Positions 1-8,925 of a stretch of DNA of 25,045 nt are shown one piece after another (within the stretch, counting starts at the first letter, position 1; the number at the start of each line of letters is the position of its first letter). The notes under the pieces were generated by a model. It did no database searches and was not told the origin of the DNA. It saw only the letters and a list, made by a program, of their open reading frames with translations. Location of the stretch: assembly GCA_963932905.1 (NCBI GenBank), contig CAWVRN010000041.1, positions 1-25,045 of the forward strand, read 5' to 3'. This stretch comes from an uncultured Bdellovibrio sp. GTDB lineage: Bacteria; Bdellovibrionota; Bdellovibrionia; Bdellovibrionales; Bdellovibrionaceae. Both the position numbers and the translations under genes were made by a program.

Positions 1-28
1 TCACTTGATTTGACGATATCTTACTTGG

Positions 29-47
29 CCTTAGCCGCAGGCTAAGG
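29..47. terminator. GC-rich hairpin CCTTAGCC-gca-GGCTAAGG downstream of the 65..595 gene
   Basis: Perfect 8-bp stem with a 3-nt loop just past the stop of the minus-strand gene. There is no clear U-tract, so the terminator role is tentative. Confidence 0.4.
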
Positions 48-64
48 GGCCAGTTCATACATTT

Positions 65-595
65 TTAGAGTCGTTGCAGATTCACGCAATCGTAGTCTTT
101 TTCAGACATCCAGTTCATGCGATGAAATCTTGTTCGACTCGGTAGTTTTGTAGCTGGTGAAAACGTCACAAAAAAATTGAATCGATAGCCACCGTGGCTG
201 GACTCCCAAGAAAAGATTTGATTGTACAGATTCGTCGAATCGTTTCCATAAATATCATTGCCAGATGCTTTTCCATCTAAACTCATTGCGCAGGTTTTTA
301 TGGCTGGATACTCGGGTCTGTGATAATTCGTAACATGTCCTTGAACCACAATCTCATCTTTAGGATGTGAGTCACGATCTGTGCTGAAAACAGGTCGTGT
401 CGTCAGATTGTAGCAGTGCCTTCCTAATGGATTTGCTTCGATATAATCCACATATAAGTAACAAACACGACCCGTAGGCTGTTCTTCTATGTGCTCTTCG
501 CCTTGATAGAGTCCTACGGCATTTTCCGAAACTGTGGCCGCTTGACTTAAGGAAATTCCCAAAAAAACAGCGACCGATAGAATTAAAGATTTCAT
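65..595 (-). CDS. Secreted hypothetical protein
   Basis: ORF 65..685, with the start moved to ATG 595 (MKSLILSVAVFLGISLSQA signal peptide; GGGAGG RBS at 601-606 on the minus strand). Four Cys in the mature part. Confidence 0.75.
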   Translation of the reverse strand: MKSLILSVAVFLGISLSQAATVSENAVGLYQGEEHIEEQPTGRVCYLYVDYIEANPLGRHCYNLTTRPVFSTDRDSHPKDEIVVQGHVTNYHRPEYPAIKTCAMSLDGKASGNDIYGNDSTNLYNQIFSWESSHGGYRFNFFVTFSPATKLPSRTRFHRMNWMSEKDYDCVNLQRL

Positions 596-652
596 TGATT
601 CCTCCCTTTTATTAGTACAACAGGGATAATGTCGAATGCTTAGTGTTGTCAC

Positions 653-669
653 TGCAACATCATGTTGCA
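653..669. promoter_or_regulatory. Palindrome TGCAACAT-c-ATGTTGCA, candidate operator
   Basis: Perfect 8-bp inverted repeat in the gap upstream of the 65..595 gene. Confidence 0.4.
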
Positions 670-690
670 CTTGTCGCAGCGTCAAATACT

Positions 691-1425
691 TTAGACAGAT
701 TCAAAGAATTCAGTAATCGCTTTATTAAATTTCATTTTATTTTTTGATTTAAACGATTCTTTTGTTAGCTCACCATTAGAGATTCTATCCACTCTGAAAA
801 AGCGAATGTCTTCTCGCAGGTAATCCCAAGCTAGGATGTGCCAGACAGGCCAGTTAAAGAGTAAAAAATGGGGTTCAATGGTTCGATTCGTGCTGATGCC
901 TTTCTCGTCAATGTAATCAATAACGAGCTGCTTACTTTCGAAAAAGCTGATTCTAAGTGGGACAATAATTTTATCTTTCGGTATTTTAAAACTTGATACA
1001 ACTTTACTTGGAGCTTTGTCGCCTACCAAAATCCGTTTTCTAATTTCTTGAATATGATGTCTTTGTGATTCCGGAAAAGACTGAGCTATTTTGTAGCGTA
1101 TACTTCGAAGATTGCTCATCAGAAATGGCGGTTGCAACCTTTCCATCGTGGCCAAGGCAATTAGCAGATCAAGGATTTCGCTGTAATTTAATTGCAATTT
1201 GCCCAGCCCCCAGCCTCGCTGGAGCCTGATTCCGCCACCGCGCCCTCGATCTGATTCAATAGGGAAGCCGGCTTCTTCTAGGTCACGCAAGTCGCGCATT
1301 AAGGTTCGTAGACTTACACCGAGCAACTGACTTAGTTCTGCTCCATTGCACATCTCTTGCGATTTTAGCAGGCCAACGAGTTTATCGAGACGACTTTTAC
1401 GGTTTATGTAACTAGATTTCGACAT
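691..1425 (-). CDS. YafY-like wHTH-WYL transcriptional regulator
   Basis: N-terminal HTH (ELSQLLGVSLRTLMRDLRDLEEAGFPIESDRGRGGG) and WYL domain (WHILAWDYLREDIRFFRVDRI). Likely start is MSKSS at 1425. No C-terminal WCX extension. Confidence 0.9.
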   Translation of the reverse strand: MSKSSYINRKSRLDKLVGLLKSQEMCNGAELSQLLGVSLRTLMRDLRDLEEAGFPIESDRGRGGGIRLQRGWGLGKLQLNYSEILDLLIALATMERLQPPFLMSNLRSIRYKIAQSFPESQRHHIQEIRKRILVGDKAPSKVVSSFKIPKDKIIVPLRISFFESKQLVIDYIDEKGISTNRTIEPHFLLFNWPVWHILAWDYLREDIRFFRVDRISNGELTKESFKSKNKMKFNKAITEFFESV

Positions 1426-1430
1426 AAAAC

Positions 1431-1455
1431 AAATATGCCATAAAACGACATATTT
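1431..1455. promoter_or_regulatory. Candidate WYL operator (imperfect palindrome AAATATGCC-N7-GACATATTT)
   Basis: Lies between divergent genes. Its reverse complement matches 19980..20004 at 22 of 25 positions. Confidence 0.7.
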
Positions 1456-1491
1456 ATAAATAAGATTATAGTTCAAAACAGAGGAGTTAAA

Positions 1492-1908
1492 ATGTTTAGG
1501 TCTATAACTGAAGTGAGTTGGCTGGGCGTGTTGCTGGCGACGGTCGTAAATTTCATTTTTGGAGGTTTTTATTTTGGGATCGTGATAGCGAAAATGTACA
1601 GTTACGCGATGGGAAGAGAGAATGAGCCAAAAACGAAACCTTCAAATCTCATGATTGCTGGGCCAGCAGTGTGTGGTTTGTTTGTTTCCTTGACGAGCGG
1701 TGTGCTGATCAAGACGCTGAACATTCAAACTCTTTCAGGCGGGTTGCTATTTGGGGCGATAGTGGGAATTGGCTATCTCATTCCAATGACGATGACAATA
1801 GCGATCAATCCAAATTTTCCACGTCCATTTTATTACACGGCGATTAATGCACCTTACTTTCTCGTGTCAAGTCTTGTGACCTGCACGATCGTTGCAATCG
1901 TGCACTAG
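1492..1908 (+). CDS. DUF1761-like small membrane protein
   Basis: About four hydrophobic segments. VSWLGVLLATVVNFIFGGFYF start and AINAPYFLVS end are typical of DUF1761. GAGGAG RBS. Confidence 0.75.
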   Translation: MFRSITEVSWLGVLLATVVNFIFGGFYFGIVIAKMYSYAMGRENEPKTKPSNLMIAGPAVCGLFVSLTSGVLIKTLNIQTLSGGLLFGAIVGIGYLIPMTMTIAINPNFPRPFYYTAINAPYFLVSSLVTCTIVAIVH

Positions 1909-2022
1909 GTTTCAACGCGGAAACTCATTTTTGTAGTTGGTTGAGAATAGGCGTTTTTAGCTTGAGCCGATGGTCACACTTAAAATAAGGAGACCATCCT
2001 CAAATTGTTTTATTATCGAGAT

Positions 2023-2547
2023 TTACTTTTTAGAATAAAGGCTCGCAGTAACTAGACTGCCAGACCAATCGGCGACTCTTTGAATGTCGATAACTTTAGT
2101 AAATCCATTATTAAGTAGAATCTGAACATCCGATTCTTTTTGAAGCGCATTTGTGGCCAAATTCACTCCTGCATCACATGCAAGTTTGCCGAATCCACCT
2201 AACGATGGTTTTACTAAACAGAACTTTTCACCCTCAGCTTTAGGCACATTAGAATAGATAATATAGCCATCTAAATTCGCAATAGGCTGAACTCCCAATT
2301 TAGCAACTTCGTTACCTACTGCTGTTTTAATTGCCGCTTTAACTTTTTCAGAAGCATAGAATGGAACCATTTTTGTTTTACTAATATTTTTTTCAGTCCA
2401 CGAACAGGCGACTTTGTAAGTGTAAGTGAGCTGAAAATCAGGCATTAAATAATCTGATCCTACACAGTAGCCTCCTTGAGTATTTGCAAAGCTGTTAACA
2501 CTTAACGAAAAAATCGCCAATGCGAATGTTTTAGAAATTAGATTCAT
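2023..2547 (-). CDS. Secreted hypothetical protein
   Basis: Signal peptide ending SFA, AAGGAG RBS, four Cys. No family recognised. Confidence 0.75.
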   Translation of the reverse strand: MNLISKTFALAIFSLSVNSFANTQGGYCVGSDYLMPDFQLTYTYKVACSWTEKNISKTKMVPFYASEKVKAAIKTAVGNEVAKLGVQPIANLDGYIIYSNVPKAEGEKFCLVKPSLGGFGKLACDAGVNLATNALQKESDVQILLNNGFTKVIDIQRVADWSGSLVTASLYSKK

Positions 2548-2564
2548 AAATTCTCCTTAGTTTA

Positions 2565-2590
2565 GAGTATTATTTGTATGAATAATACTC
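2565..2590. promoter_or_regulatory. Inverted repeat GAGTATTATT-N6-AATAATACTC upstream of 2023..2547
   Basis: Perfect 10-bp arms just 5' of the RBS. Could be an operator or a 5'-UTR hairpin. Confidence 0.4.
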
Positions 2591-2734
2591 CGAGGCCCGA
2601 AATTTTTCACCTGTAGAATTTTAGACGAAGTGACCATTTATGGAATCCCAACCGGGTTCTATTGCAGAAGGTGGAAGTGTATTCGAAATTCAGACATTCT
2701 ATTCATTTAACATATGAAGGCACTAGTAAATATA

Positions 2735-3259
2735 TTAAATACACCTTACATTGCTATCACCAATGACAACATAGGCGTTTGGGCTGTCAACATTTGCTGT
2801 GAAAACATAAACACCACTAGCACAACTTGGCAAAGAGACTGTACCAATAGATTTCGTCTGCCCCGAGTATTGTCCCCCTGAAGAAAAAGATGAATATCTA
2901 AAGTCAATAAATTGAATGATTGGAGTTCCGAGACTCAAATCAAAATTGATCCCCTTAATCACACTCGATGCCAAACCACATTGACCAGATCCCAATCGTT
3001 CACCTTTTTTACCTGCAATTTGATTAGTTGCTTTAAATTGCTGCTCCACTGTAACTCTAAATGGAATATACACATTCGAAACAGAGCCTGAAACATTTTG
3101 AATAATTTGATTTTGAGCCATTACTGAAAAGCCATTTCTGGATGGAATTCTGTCAAGAGGCATTCCAAATCTAAAATCACGACAATATAGTTCAACTGTT
3201 GTGGCCTTCGCCAAATCAAGAAAAAATGAAATAATAATCAAAAAAAATAAATTCTTCAT
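2735..3259 (-). CDS. Secreted hypothetical protein
   Basis: Signal peptide ending AKA, GGAG RBS, four Cys including a C-terminal RCI. Confidence 0.75.
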   Translation of the reverse strand: MKNLFFLIIISFFLDLAKATTVELYCRDFRFGMPLDRIPSRNGFSVMAQNQIIQNVSGSVSNVYIPFRVTVEQQFKATNQIAGKKGERLGSGQCGLASSVIKGINFDLSLGTPIIQFIDFRYSSFSSGGQYSGQTKSIGTVSLPSCASGVYVFTANVDSPNAYVVIGDSNVRCI

Positions 3260-3549
3260 TCACAAACTCCAATTAGTTAGTTAAGTGTTTTAAACAGTAA
3301 ATTAATTTTATATACAAGTTGTTTATACTATTTAATTTATTTTTACTTTTTTTATAAATAGGTAAGTGTAAAAAGTATAGTCTTAGTTACTGACCCTTTC
3401 TTCAGAGAAATTCGACTCAAATGATCCAGTTTATCAGTTTAGGTTGGGCTACGCTCTACAATATGCGAGAAAACCCTCTGATTTTTCTGTGGTTAAAAAA
3501 AGAAACACGATGGCCGAAGAAATTAAACGTACGGAAATGTCAGTGCTAG

Positions 3550-3795
3550 GTGAAGAGGCCAGAGTCTTTTTCTGACCTTCAAGCCTTTCAGTTAAAGCTT
3601 GAAAACTCGGACCACGAAAAGAAAGGGCATCGACTTTCAAAACCGTATGAATCAAGAAAATATCAGATTGTCGGCATTCCTTTTTACTATTTCCAAGGAA
3701 CCATTGGCTTGGTCGTGGAATTCCATAGATGACATTATTAAAAGAATCAAACGTGGACATCTTGTCCGAATGGAGATCAATATGAACTTCGATAA
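3550..3795 (+). pseudogene. Degenerate paralog of the 14185..14724 recombinase-domain gene
   Basis: Fragments in different frames: PFYYFQG (cf. PYYGFCYFEG), WSWNSIDDIIKR (cf. WSWAALQNIVAR), GDQYELR* (cf. GGKYEFR*). The left boundary is approximate. Confidence 0.65.
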
Positions 3796-3948
3796 ATAAA
3801 TCCAATAGTAGTTTCAATTATTATTGCGGCCGCAGTTGCTGGCGAACTGGAAACTATTCAGCGATGGGTTTGGAAATCACAAGCCGAGTTGCTTTATCAT
3901 TCTCGAGCATCAAACTGGGGTTCGCTGAGTATTTTTAAAAGTCATTAA
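3782..3948 (+). pseudogene. Frameshifted paralog of the small membrane peptide at 14711..14929
   Basis: MNFDK, then a 1-nt deletion, then NPIVVSIIIAAAVAGELETIQRWVWKSQAELLYHSRASNWGSLSIF. Colinear with MNLDKLITIAAGVVLALSLTVNLDKIQTLIWRAQAKLIYGSRTETWGSPRFF. Confidence 0.8.
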
Positions 3949-3956
3949 TAGACAAG

Positions 3957-3986
3957 GTTACCGCAAAATTTGAGTATTGCGGTAAC
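3957..3986. terminator. Inverted repeat GTTACCGCAA-N10-TTGCGGTAAC
   Basis: Perfect 10-bp arms just after the peptide pseudogene, between convergent units. Confidence 0.45.
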
Positions 3987-4159
3987 TCAGGAAATGAGCT
4001 TCTAATAGACAGGCCAAGGATCGAAAGTGAGTTTTGGCATCGCGGAGCATGGCGCTGAGTTCCAATTTATTTCTAGATAGTTTTTTGTGCTTATAAATAG
4101 AAACGCTTTAGTAGATGAATAATTCAAAAGTTTACTCGCAATGTAACTCCAAATTTCTA

Positions 4160-5176
4160 TTAGTGATACCGTCGATTACAAGTCATAGGATAAGATTTAA
4201 TTTCACGAGTGCCACGTTTTTCGTAAACCAAAAATGTCTCCATTTTCTGCTCTTTGCACATAAACTGAATACCAATATTTCTATCAAATTCGATCGGGCC
4301 GTCGAAACCTAATGATAAGTAAAAGTAAAATCCGTCTGCTCGCGGGCATTCGTTTTCCAATATATTCGAGTACATTAAAGGTTTGACCATAGTAAAATCA
4401 AAAACATTTTTACTTAAACCAATCATTCGTGAACCGCTAAAAAAGACGGGTTCCACACTCATCCTACTTGGATTCTCCTGCCAAAAGAAATTTATTGCTG
4501 TTAGATCATTAGGCAGAGTTTGATATACACAGGTCATATCACTAGTAAGGAGATTAGGTGCCAAATCTAAAAACTCATTTCCCGCCATTACATAACCAAT
4601 AGCTCTTCGAGTTCGAACGGAATCTTGTTCACTTGCCCGAAGCCTTAAAAATGCGTAATAAGATTCATGGGCAACTAAAGCAATTTGATTCAATAAATCC
4701 ATTTTTTCGAAAAGATCCTGATTTAATAGAATTTTTCCACTGGCTTGATAGTTAACAATTTGTTCTATTTTACAATTTGCCGGTTTTGCTACCTCGAAAG
4801 AATCTTCGGTTAATTCGAGAGTAACATTTCTTAGACGTAGTAATTTAGAATTCGGCTGTAAAAATAAATTTGATTGTTCTTTCAAAAATTTATATGTGCA
4901 ATCCTGATCGACACAATTTGATGCCACAACTCTTTCTGCATAGCTGTTTTTTAATTTTTCAAAGATTAAGTTTAATCCACCTTCTAAGCCTGCGGAGGCG
5001 AAAGTTTGTTTAGGCTCTTGTCCAAACAATGTTTTGGCTTCCCATAAGTCTAATAGCTCTACTGATTGAATATCATTTTGCAGGTTTCGACAGACTACTC
5101 CAACCCCGCCCCCGCCATTCAGAACACCCGTAATACCAAGCTTTGCTATGAAAATGAGTAGAAATATTGATTTCAT
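4160..5176 (-). CDS. Secreted protein with GGGGxGVxC and HExxY motifs (paralog A)
   Basis: Start moved to MKSIF at 5176 (GGAGGG RBS). Shares LDLxEA, NCxxxQI and ALxxHExxY motifs with 6799..7812. Confidence 0.8.
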   Translation of the reverse strand: MKSIFLLIFIAKLGITGVLNGGGGVGVVCRNLQNDIQSVELLDLWEAKTLFGQEPKQTFASAGLEGGLNLIFEKLKNSYAERVVASNCVDQDCTYKFLKEQSNLFLQPNSKLLRLRNVTLELTEDSFEVAKPANCKIEQIVNYQASGKILLNQDLFEKMDLLNQIALVAHESYYAFLRLRASEQDSVRTRRAIGYVMAGNEFLDLAPNLLTSDMTCVYQTLPNDLTAINFFWQENPSRMSVEPVFFSGSRMIGLSKNVFDFTMVKPLMYSNILENECPRADGFYFYLSLGFDGPIEFDRNIGIQFMCKEQKMETFLVYEKRGTREIKSYPMTCNRRYH

Positions 5177-5273
5177 CCGACCCTCCTGGAGACTAGGAAT
5201 ACTGCGGCAATCATCCGAAGGATAGATTTTTATTCTATACATTTGACGATTATCTAGAGTAGAGGTCTCTACT

Positions 5274-6083
5274 ATGAATACATCTATTTTTCAATTTCAA
5301 TCTTATCGCGCCTACTTAAAAGAGCGCCTAGAAGCTCTTGGGCCCAAATCTGGTCAAAAAAGAAAGGCATCCGAAGCGTTATCGGTGCATACTACTTTTA
5401 TTTCCCAAGTTGTCTTAGGTAAAGCGGATTTGTCTTTGGATCAAGGTGAAAAGATGAACGCGTTTTTAAAGCACAATGAAATAGAAGCTGAGTACTTTAT
5501 CGACTTAATAATTTACGAGCGCGCGATTGATCCTAGCTTGAAAAATCGCTACGAGGCCAAGCTTAAAAAATGGCAGAGCGAAACCGGTCAGATTAAATCC
5601 AGAATTAAACCAACCTTTGAGGTAAGCGAAGCCGATCAGGAGAAATTCTATTCATCACATCTTTTTGGAATATTGCACGTACTGGCCTCGATTCCTGAGT
5701 ATCAAAATAGAAAGGCACTTGTTTCGGCGACTGGATACCCACCAGAAATTACAGCTGAAGCGATAGACTTTCTACTTCGAGTTGGTGTCTTAAAAATTGC
5801 TAAAGATCGAATCGTTCACGGTGAAAAGCACGTTCACTTAGGACGAGACTCTAAACTCATAAAACAACACCACACAAATTGGCGTCTAGCAACAGTTCAG
5901 CATTTGGGATTTTCCAAGCCTGAAGATCTTCACTATTCGTTAACATTTTCTTGTTCTGAAAAGGACGCCGCAAGAATTCGCGAATCATTGCTTGAACATT
6001 TAAAATCGATGACGCAAACAATTGAAAAATCAAAAGAAGAGAAGGCATTCGTTTACTGTTTTGATTTTTATAGTTGGGACTAG
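5274..6083 (+). CDS. TIGR02147/DUF4423-type putative DNA-binding regulator
   Basis: IFQFQSYRAYLK N-terminus, Xre-like HTH (TTFISQVVLGKADLS), HHTNWR motif, C-terminal VYCFDFYSW, about 270 aa. Confidence 0.85.
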   Translation: MNTSIFQFQSYRAYLKERLEALGPKSGQKRKASEALSVHTTFISQVVLGKADLSLDQGEKMNAFLKHNEIEAEYFIDLIIYERAIDPSLKNRYEAKLKKWQSETGQIKSRIKPTFEVSEADQEKFYSSHLFGILHVLASIPEYQNRKALVSATGYPPEITAEAIDFLLRVGVLKIAKDRIVHGEKHVHLGRDSKLIKQHHTNWRLATVQHLGFSKPEDLHYSLTFSCSEKDAARIRESLLEHLKSMTQTIEKSKEEKAFVYCFDFYSWD

Positions 6084-6217
6084 TTTTGAAAAAAGATTTG
6101 ATCCGATAGTCAAACCTGACGTATCAACTTTTAGACCTACACTATAGGCACAATTTTAAAAAGCCATCGCCGAAGTTATAAAATATCTTCTTTTTAATTT
6201 ACGAAAAGGTAAGTTAC

Positions 6218-6793
6218 CTAAAAAAGTATTCCGAGAGTCACTTTTAAAATCAAATCAGAATTTCTTTTACTCATACTTGATTCGTTTATGCCGGACGTAA
6301 ATGACGCCTCTTCTTGAAGATCTGAGTGAGTCGACGCCAAAGAAATACCTATTAGCCCCGACCTGCCAACAAATTGATAGCCAACTTCACCAAAATAAAA
6401 ATATCCATTCGATTTAGTTTCCCCGAGAAAAGTATCAATGAACTTTCTTTGAGCAGAACCGGCTCCAAAAACCAACTTCACAGAATTGTTTAAATATCCT
6501 GAGGGGTAGTAGCCCGCACTGGCTCCTCGATAATAAGTCGGCGCACTCTGTTCGCCGATAAAGGAGCCTGACGCCGAACCAGACACTTCGCCGTCATCAT
6601 AAATAAACTCTCCGCCCAAATGAAAATCTTCTGCGAAAAATAATCTTGCTGAAATCCATGAGCGATCAAATTGTGTTTTTTCACTAGATCGAAGAAGAGG
6701 ATGAAAAATATCGCCTTCAACGCCTATATTCATTCCAAATAGATTTTGCGACAAGAATATTAAGCACAGAATATAAAATTTAGATATGCTCAT
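6218..6793 (-). CDS. Probable small outer-membrane beta-barrel protein
   Basis: Signal peptide from MSISK (6793), alternating amphipathic strands (FYFGEVGYQF), C-terminal LKVTLGILF ending in Phe. Starts 5 nt after the stop of 6799..7812. Confidence 0.65.
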   Translation of the reverse strand: MSISKFYILCLIFLSQNLFGMNIGVEGDIFHPLLRSSEKTQFDRSWISARLFFAEDFHLGGEFIYDDGEVSGSASGSFIGEQSAPTYYRGASAGYYPSGYLNNSVKLVFGAGSAQRKFIDTFLGETKSNGYFYFGEVGYQFVGRSGLIGISLASTHSDLQEEASFTSGINESSMSKRNSDLILKVTLGILF

Positions 6794-6798
6794 GCTTC

Positions 6799-7812
6799 CT
6801 ATTCCCATTTGCAAAATCCACTAGACAAAGGCGGTTTTGATTGAGATTTCCCAAATGCTCGCAATTTATAACTTCCCAAAAAGCTGTCTGGGACAATTTC
6901 GAAATCCCATTCTTTACTCATCAATTCATTTTTGACTTTCAAAGTCGTTGAATTAAATTCGTTATTCATAAATTGGGACAATGAAATATTAGGCAAAAAA
7001 GTTGAAGTTCTAGATGATAAATAAACGCTTTTAAATGCTCTAAAATAAAACGCAACACCCGTAGTTCCATTTCTGATTTCATCAATTCCAAATATTTCAT
7101 AAATTTCTTGATCAGATCCTTCAATTCCAGCACCACACCATATTTTTTGATTTGAATTCCAAATCGGCGACAACAACGGCTCCGGATTATTTCCTGAAAA
7201 AAGCATTCCTATGACTTTTCTGCTTTCGTCTGAGTTAACAGCGCCGTACGTCCTTGCCCGATGATATATCCATTCGTGGACAATGAGTGCTGTTTTCTCA
7301 ACGATCGAAAGTTTTGACCAATACTCAGCATCTCGATAGATGGTCCCTTCCTTTGAATAGACAGCTATTTGCACGACTTGGCAGTTGCTAGGTAGGTTAG
7401 GTAAAGTTGCGTCTCTGGTTGGTGTAAGGCGCTCACCGCTAGCTATATCTTTAAAACGACCAATTATCGAGTCCTGCATCTCTTTAAGCACAAGATCTGG
7501 CAGTTTAGGATCGTCCATCCCCTTCAAAGACTCAGAAAGATATTTTGCCATTTCCATTCCGAAAAACTTTATACTTTCTTCGAGTGTACCAAACTTTTCA
7601 GTGGGATTAAGACCAGACTTTCTCGCCTCAAATAAATCTAGGGTTTGTAAGCTAGATCCACACATCACTCCAATTCCGCCACCACCATCGACGCCGCCCG
7701 CAGCAGACGGGATGTAGGCGGGTTTTGTGTCGGACGCTTCGGAAGTGCCAGAGCTGCAAGATACGTTTACAATACTCAGTAACAGAATCGATGAGAGTAA
7801 AAAGAATTTCAC
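6799..7812 (-). CDS. Probable lipoprotein with GGGGxGVxC and HExxY motifs (paralog B)
   Basis: GTG start with AGGAGG RBS, lipobox-like NVS-C followed by a Ser-rich linker, ALIVHEWIY motif. Confidence 0.8.
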   Translation of the reverse strand: MKFFLLSSILLLSIVNVSCSSGTSEASDTKPAYIPSAAGGVDGGGGIGVMCGSSLQTLDLFEARKSGLNPTEKFGTLEESIKFFGMEMAKYLSESLKGMDDPKLPDLVLKEMQDSIIGRFKDIASGERLTPTRDATLPNLPSNCQVVQIAVYSKEGTIYRDAEYWSKLSIVEKTALIVHEWIYHRARTYGAVNSDESRKVIGMLFSGNNPEPLLSPIWNSNQKIWCGAGIEGSDQEIYEIFGIDEIRNGTTGVAFYFRAFKSVYLSSRTSTFLPNISLSQFMNNEFNSTTLKVKNELMSKEWDFEIVPDSFLGSYKLRAFGKSQSKPPLSSGFCKWE

Positions 7813-7879
7813 AAAACCTCCTATATTTGTTGTTCAACCAAATACAGACTTAATAAAATTTCTAAAAACCGCTACATTT

Positions 7880-7908
7880 TTAATTTTAATTGTTATAATT
7901 AAAATTAA
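7880..7908. promoter_or_regulatory. Inverted repeat TTAATTTTAATT-N5-AATTAAAATTAA between divergent genes
   Basis: Perfect 12-bp arms, but purely A/T, so the significance is limited. Confidence 0.35.
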
Positions 7909-7949
7909 CATTTATGCTAACTTTAAAATATTCTATAGCGGGGTAATGC

Positions 7950-8768
7950 ATGAACACGTTTGAATACCGTGATTACAAGCAATGCGTCAACGACTGGATC
8001 AAGGGTCAACCTAGCGGTGGTCACGGCCAACTAAGAAAAATGGCTCTTTTTCTGGGTCTCAACTCGGTGGTTGCCAGCCAAGTCTTTCGAGGAGACCGCG
8101 ATTTAACTCTGGAACAAGCATTGGGTGTTACTCAATTTATAGGATATACAGAGCTTGAGCGGGACTTTTTTTTACTTCTAGTCCAAAAATCAAGAGCCGG
8201 TTCCCACGATTTGAAAAAAGTATTAAATCAGCAAATCGAAGATTTTGCCCTATCCGCCCAATCTTTAAAAAATCGAGTTAAGCATCAAAAGTTTACAGAT
8301 GAAGCCAAGGCTACGTTTTACTCACAATGGTACTACAGTGCTATCAGATTAGGAGTTTCAATACCAAGCCTCGGTGCTATCAGCGCCATTGCAGATTACC
8401 TCAACCTTGAGCGAAAGCTCGTTGCGAAAGTAGTGGAGTTTCTTTTAAAACATAAACTAGTAGTTGAAGACAATGGACGTCTTGATATGGGACCACAAGT
8501 AACTCATGTTGGTCACGATTCAGTTTTTGTGAATCGGCATCACGCGAACTGGCGACTAAAGGGACTACAGGCTATGGAACAACTAACTGACTCCGATTTA
8601 TTTTACACCGGACCGATGGCTCTTTCAGAAGATGCCGCTAGCGAAATTCGTAAATTACTGGTGGACTTAGTTGAAAAGACGACAAAAAAAGCGTCAAACT
8701 CAGATTCAGAAGTTCTAAGATGTTTAACGATCGATTGGTTTGGCGTAGGAGCCAAAGACGCTCGCTAG
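7950..8768 (+). CDS. TIGR02147/DUF4423-type putative DNA-binding regulator
   Basis: FEYRDYK N-terminus, HTH (SVVASQVFRGDRDLTLEQA), FYSQWYYSAIR and HHANWR motifs. Paralog of 5274..6083. Confidence 0.87.
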   Translation: MNTFEYRDYKQCVNDWIKGQPSGGHGQLRKMALFLGLNSVVASQVFRGDRDLTLEQALGVTQFIGYTELERDFFLLLVQKSRAGSHDLKKVLNQQIEDFALSAQSLKNRVKHQKFTDEAKATFYSQWYYSAIRLGVSIPSLGAISAIADYLNLERKLVAKVVEFLLKHKLVVEDNGRLDMGPQVTHVGHDSVFVNRHHANWRLKGLQAMEQLTDSDLFYTGPMALSEDAASEIRKLLVDLVEKTTKKASNSDSEVLRCLTIDWFGVGAKDAR

Positions 8769-8889
8769 TGCATATTTTTCAATTTTAATGGTGAATCTTT
8801 TGGCTCTAAAATACTGCGTTACCCAGTAGCGTCGGGATAGGTGATTTCATACAACATTCAAATCCCAAGGTCCGTCGTCGAAGCGATAC

Positions 8890-8918
8890 TTGATAGTTTA
8901 GTTTTAGTAGTTTACATT
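8890..8918 (+). promoter_or_regulatory. Sigma70-like promoter TTGATA-N17-TACATT
   Basis: Canonical 17-bp spacing. The predicted +1 falls at or next to ATG 8926. Confidence 0.5.
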
Positions 8919-8925
8919 GACTGGG

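Noticed and set aside
3260..3380. Very AT-rich tract as a replication origin or repeat array
   Set aside because: No iterons, DnaA-box cluster or periodic repeats were seen. It is consistent with a promoter region.
3449..3817. 122-aa minus-strand ORF and short plus-strand ORFs 3550..3732 and 3599..3799
   Set aside because: Better explained as antisense or frameshifted pieces of the decayed recombinase/peptide module.
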